Of a DNA stretch of 64,000 nt, positions 61,714 through 64,000 are shown one piece after another. Source of the stretch: Burkholderiales bacterium. Its GTDB lineage: Bacteria; Pseudomonadota; Gammaproteobacteria; Burkholderiales; SG8-39. The notes below the pieces were generated by a model. It was not told the origin of the DNA. It did not search any database and was given only the letters and a program-made list of their open reading frames with translations. A program made the translations under genes and the position numbers. The stretch covers positions 1,121 through 65,120 of the forward strand of contig JBBRAI010000012.1 in the NCBI GenBank assembly GCA_038206915.1. Reading direction: 5' to 3'. Numbering within the stretch: position 1 is the stretch's first letter; each line of letters begins with the position of its first letter.

Positions 61714-62631
61714 ATGCAGCCGCGGCATTACCTGAAGTTCAGCGAGTTTACGCGCGCCGAGTACGACTATCTGCTCGAGCGCACGCGCTGGATCAAGGCA
61801 CAGTTCAAGCAATACAAGCCCTACCATCCGCTCACCGATCGCACGCTGGCGATGATTTTCGAGAAACAATCGACGCGCACGCGCCTGTCGTTCGAGGCGG
61901 GCATGCACCAGCTCGGCGGCTCAGCCATATTTCTGAGCACGCGCGATACCCAGCTCGGCCGCGGCGAGCCGGTCGAGGACATGGCGCAGGTGGTGTCGCG
62001 CATGGTCGACATCGTCATGATCCGCACCTACGAGCAGGAAATCCTGGAACGCTTCGCCCGCGTGTCGCGCGTGCCGGTGATCAACGGGCTGACCAACGAA
62101 TACCACCCCTGCCAGGTGATTGCCGACATTTTCACCTTCATCGAGCGCCGCGGACCGATCAGCGGAAAGAAGGTCGCATGGATAGGCGACTCCAATAACG
62201 TCTGCAACAGCTGGATGAAGGCCGCCGCGATTTTCGATTTCAAGCTGAACGTGTCGACGCCGCCCGGCTACGAGGTGGAAGCGGAGCGCGCCGGAACCTA
62301 CGGCAAGCAGCATTTCGAGCACTTCGCCGACCCGATGGACGCAGTGCGCGGCACCGACCTGGTCACCACCGACGTGTGGACCAGCATGGGCTTCGAGGCC
62401 GAGAACGCCGAGCGCCTGCGCGACTTCAGCGACTGGCAGGTGGACGCCGACATGATGAAATTCGCGCATCCGGACGCCTTGTTCATGCACTGCCTGCCGG
62501 CGCATCGCGGCGAGGAAGTATCCGCGGAGGTGATCGACGGTCCGCAGAGCGTAGTCTGGGACGAGGCCGAAAACCGCCTGCATACGCAGAAGGCGCTGAT
62601 GGAATTCCTGCTGCTGGGCAAGGTCGAATAA
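61714..62631 (+). CDS. argF: Ornithine carbamoyltransferase
   Basis: STRTR, HPCQ, DVW.SMG, HCLP. Confidence 0.96.
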   Translation: MQPRHYLKFSEFTRAEYDYLLERTRWIKAQFKQYKPYHPLTDRTLAMIFEKQSTRTRLSFEAGMHQLGGSAIFLSTRDTQLGRGEPVEDMAQVVSRMVDIVMIRTYEQEILERFARVSRVPVINGLTNEYHPCQVIADIFTFIERRGPISGKKVAWIGDSNNVCNSWMKAAAIFDFKLNVSTPPGYEVEAERAGTYGKQHFEHFADPMDAVRGTDLVTTDVWTSMGFEAENAERLRDFSDWQVDADMMKFAHPDALFMHCLPAHRGEEVSAEVIDGPQSVVWDEAENRLHTQKALMEFLLLGKVE

Positions 62632-62693
62632 GCACCCGGCGCCGCGCACCCGCGGCCGACAACCGATTTTCCTACTTTCTTTCGAGCATACAA

Positions 62694-63956
<1,263 letters not shown>

Positions 63957-64000
63957 GCACCGGTTGCACGCCACGAGCGGACTTGCGCGCTGCGCGCGCC

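Overview
High-GC, betaproteobacterial-looking chromosomal window (the taxonomy is inferred from gene content and order). From left to right it holds: a 5'-truncated Tat/lipoprotein multicopper oxidase; a sensor histidine kinase paired with an unusual Ser/Thr kinase fused to two receiver domains; a minimal K+ channel and a Cys-rich DUF1847-like gene; coxD-(malonyl-CoA decarboxylase)-coxE-coxG without coxLMS; OCD-family and Zn-ADH genes; a convergently split TRAP transporter; pmbA/yjgA/mog/esterase; a divergent type II secretion cluster (gspCDEF / gspGHIJKLMN plus exeAB); a PilZ-motif (FimW-like) protein; cbpAM; a CDF transporter; an acr3 relic; apt-mtnP; tRNA-Thr(CGT); an Irr-like Fur regulator and a TonB-like gene; a type IV minor-pilin/PilY1 cluster; and housekeeping genes (ispH, lspA, ileS, ribF, dsbB-like, murJ, rpsT, argD/F/G). 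I found no integrase, transposase, CRISPR array or rRNA. The most interesting signals are the HK + STK-REC-REC signalling pair, two small non-autonomous elements inside the T2SS operon (one a 71-bp insert that duplicates an ATGA junction and encodes a translationally coupled 24-aa peptide), twin palindromic CATTATATAATG boxes in the T2SS divergent promoter, and the decarboxylase embedded in the cox accessory operon. All protein assignments come from motifs recognised by eye; no database searches were run.
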